IMG/VR virus record: IMGVR_UViG_3300043410_001892 | Coordinates: 183,145 to 247,144 of that record | DNA from: a virus | Strand: one strand, 5' to 3' | DNA length: 64,000 nucleotides | In this document: positions 63,963 through 64,000 of the stretch, one piece after another | Numbering within the stretch: the stretch's first letter is position 1 | Layout: each line of letters opens with the position of its first letter | Translations under genes and position numbers: made by a program | The notes under the pieces: generated by a model | Seen by the model: only the letters and a program-made list of their open reading frames with translations | Told to the model about the DNA's origin: nothing | The model's database searches: none

Positions 63963-64000
63963 GAGTTAATCATCTAATAAAAACATTAGTATTGCCAGTG

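Noticed and set aside
1-64000. tRNA/ncRNA genes
   Set aside because: Intergenic spacers are almost all under 100 nt and are occupied by promoter or terminator signals. No cloverleaf-like GC-rich 70-90-nt segments were noticed by eye. This cannot be excluded without tRNAscan.

Overview
The window is AT-rich (roughly 35-40% GC by eye), densely coding phage DNA with a T4-superfamily replication and late-gene toolkit. Replication-type genes include a gp43-like family-B DNA polymerase, a gp44-like clamp loader, a gp31/GroES-like co-chaperonin, an ATP-dependent DNA ligase, PhoH, dCMP deaminase, a partial RNaseH/FEN at the left edge, and a free-standing GIY-YIG homing endonuclease. Most genes are on the minus strand in long co-directional blocks. 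The one large plus-strand block (40195-59752) carries three very large S/T/G/N-rich fibre-like structural genes: a single 4041-aa ORF, a 683-aa tail fibre with a C-terminal S74 intramolecular-chaperone domain, and a 1788-aa FN3-repeat protein with a poly-glycine tail. The main accessory content is a 7-deazaguanine DNA-modification cluster at 0.1-9.1 kb (FolE, QueE, a DpdA-like DNA-guanine transglycosylase) with QueD encoded 30 kb away as its own promoter-terminator unit. Unusual neighbours in that cluster are a Gpt-like phosphoribosyltransferase, a GT-B glycosyltransferase, a PTPS-like small protein and the homing endonuclease. No QueC (SGGxDS PP-loop) was seen in the window. Other notable content is a phage-encoded chaperone set (ClpA-like double AAA+ unfoldase, DnaJ, GroES-like), a ligase-like KxDG domain fused to an NMNAT-like nucleotidyltransferase, and a late-promoter-driven lysis cassette (GH19 endolysin with overlapping spanins). 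A run of disordered, highly charged proteins includes one with an HExxH motif. Regulatory signals are unusually clean. Nine perfect or near-perfect host-type sigma70 promoters (TTGAC[AT]-17-TATAAT) sit upstream of early genes. Six T4-late-like (G/T)ATAAATA motifs sit 18-37 nt upstream of the structural/lysis gene starts and the homing-endonuclease gene. Several hairpin terminators are also visible. No tRNA, rRNA or CRISPR array was recognised.
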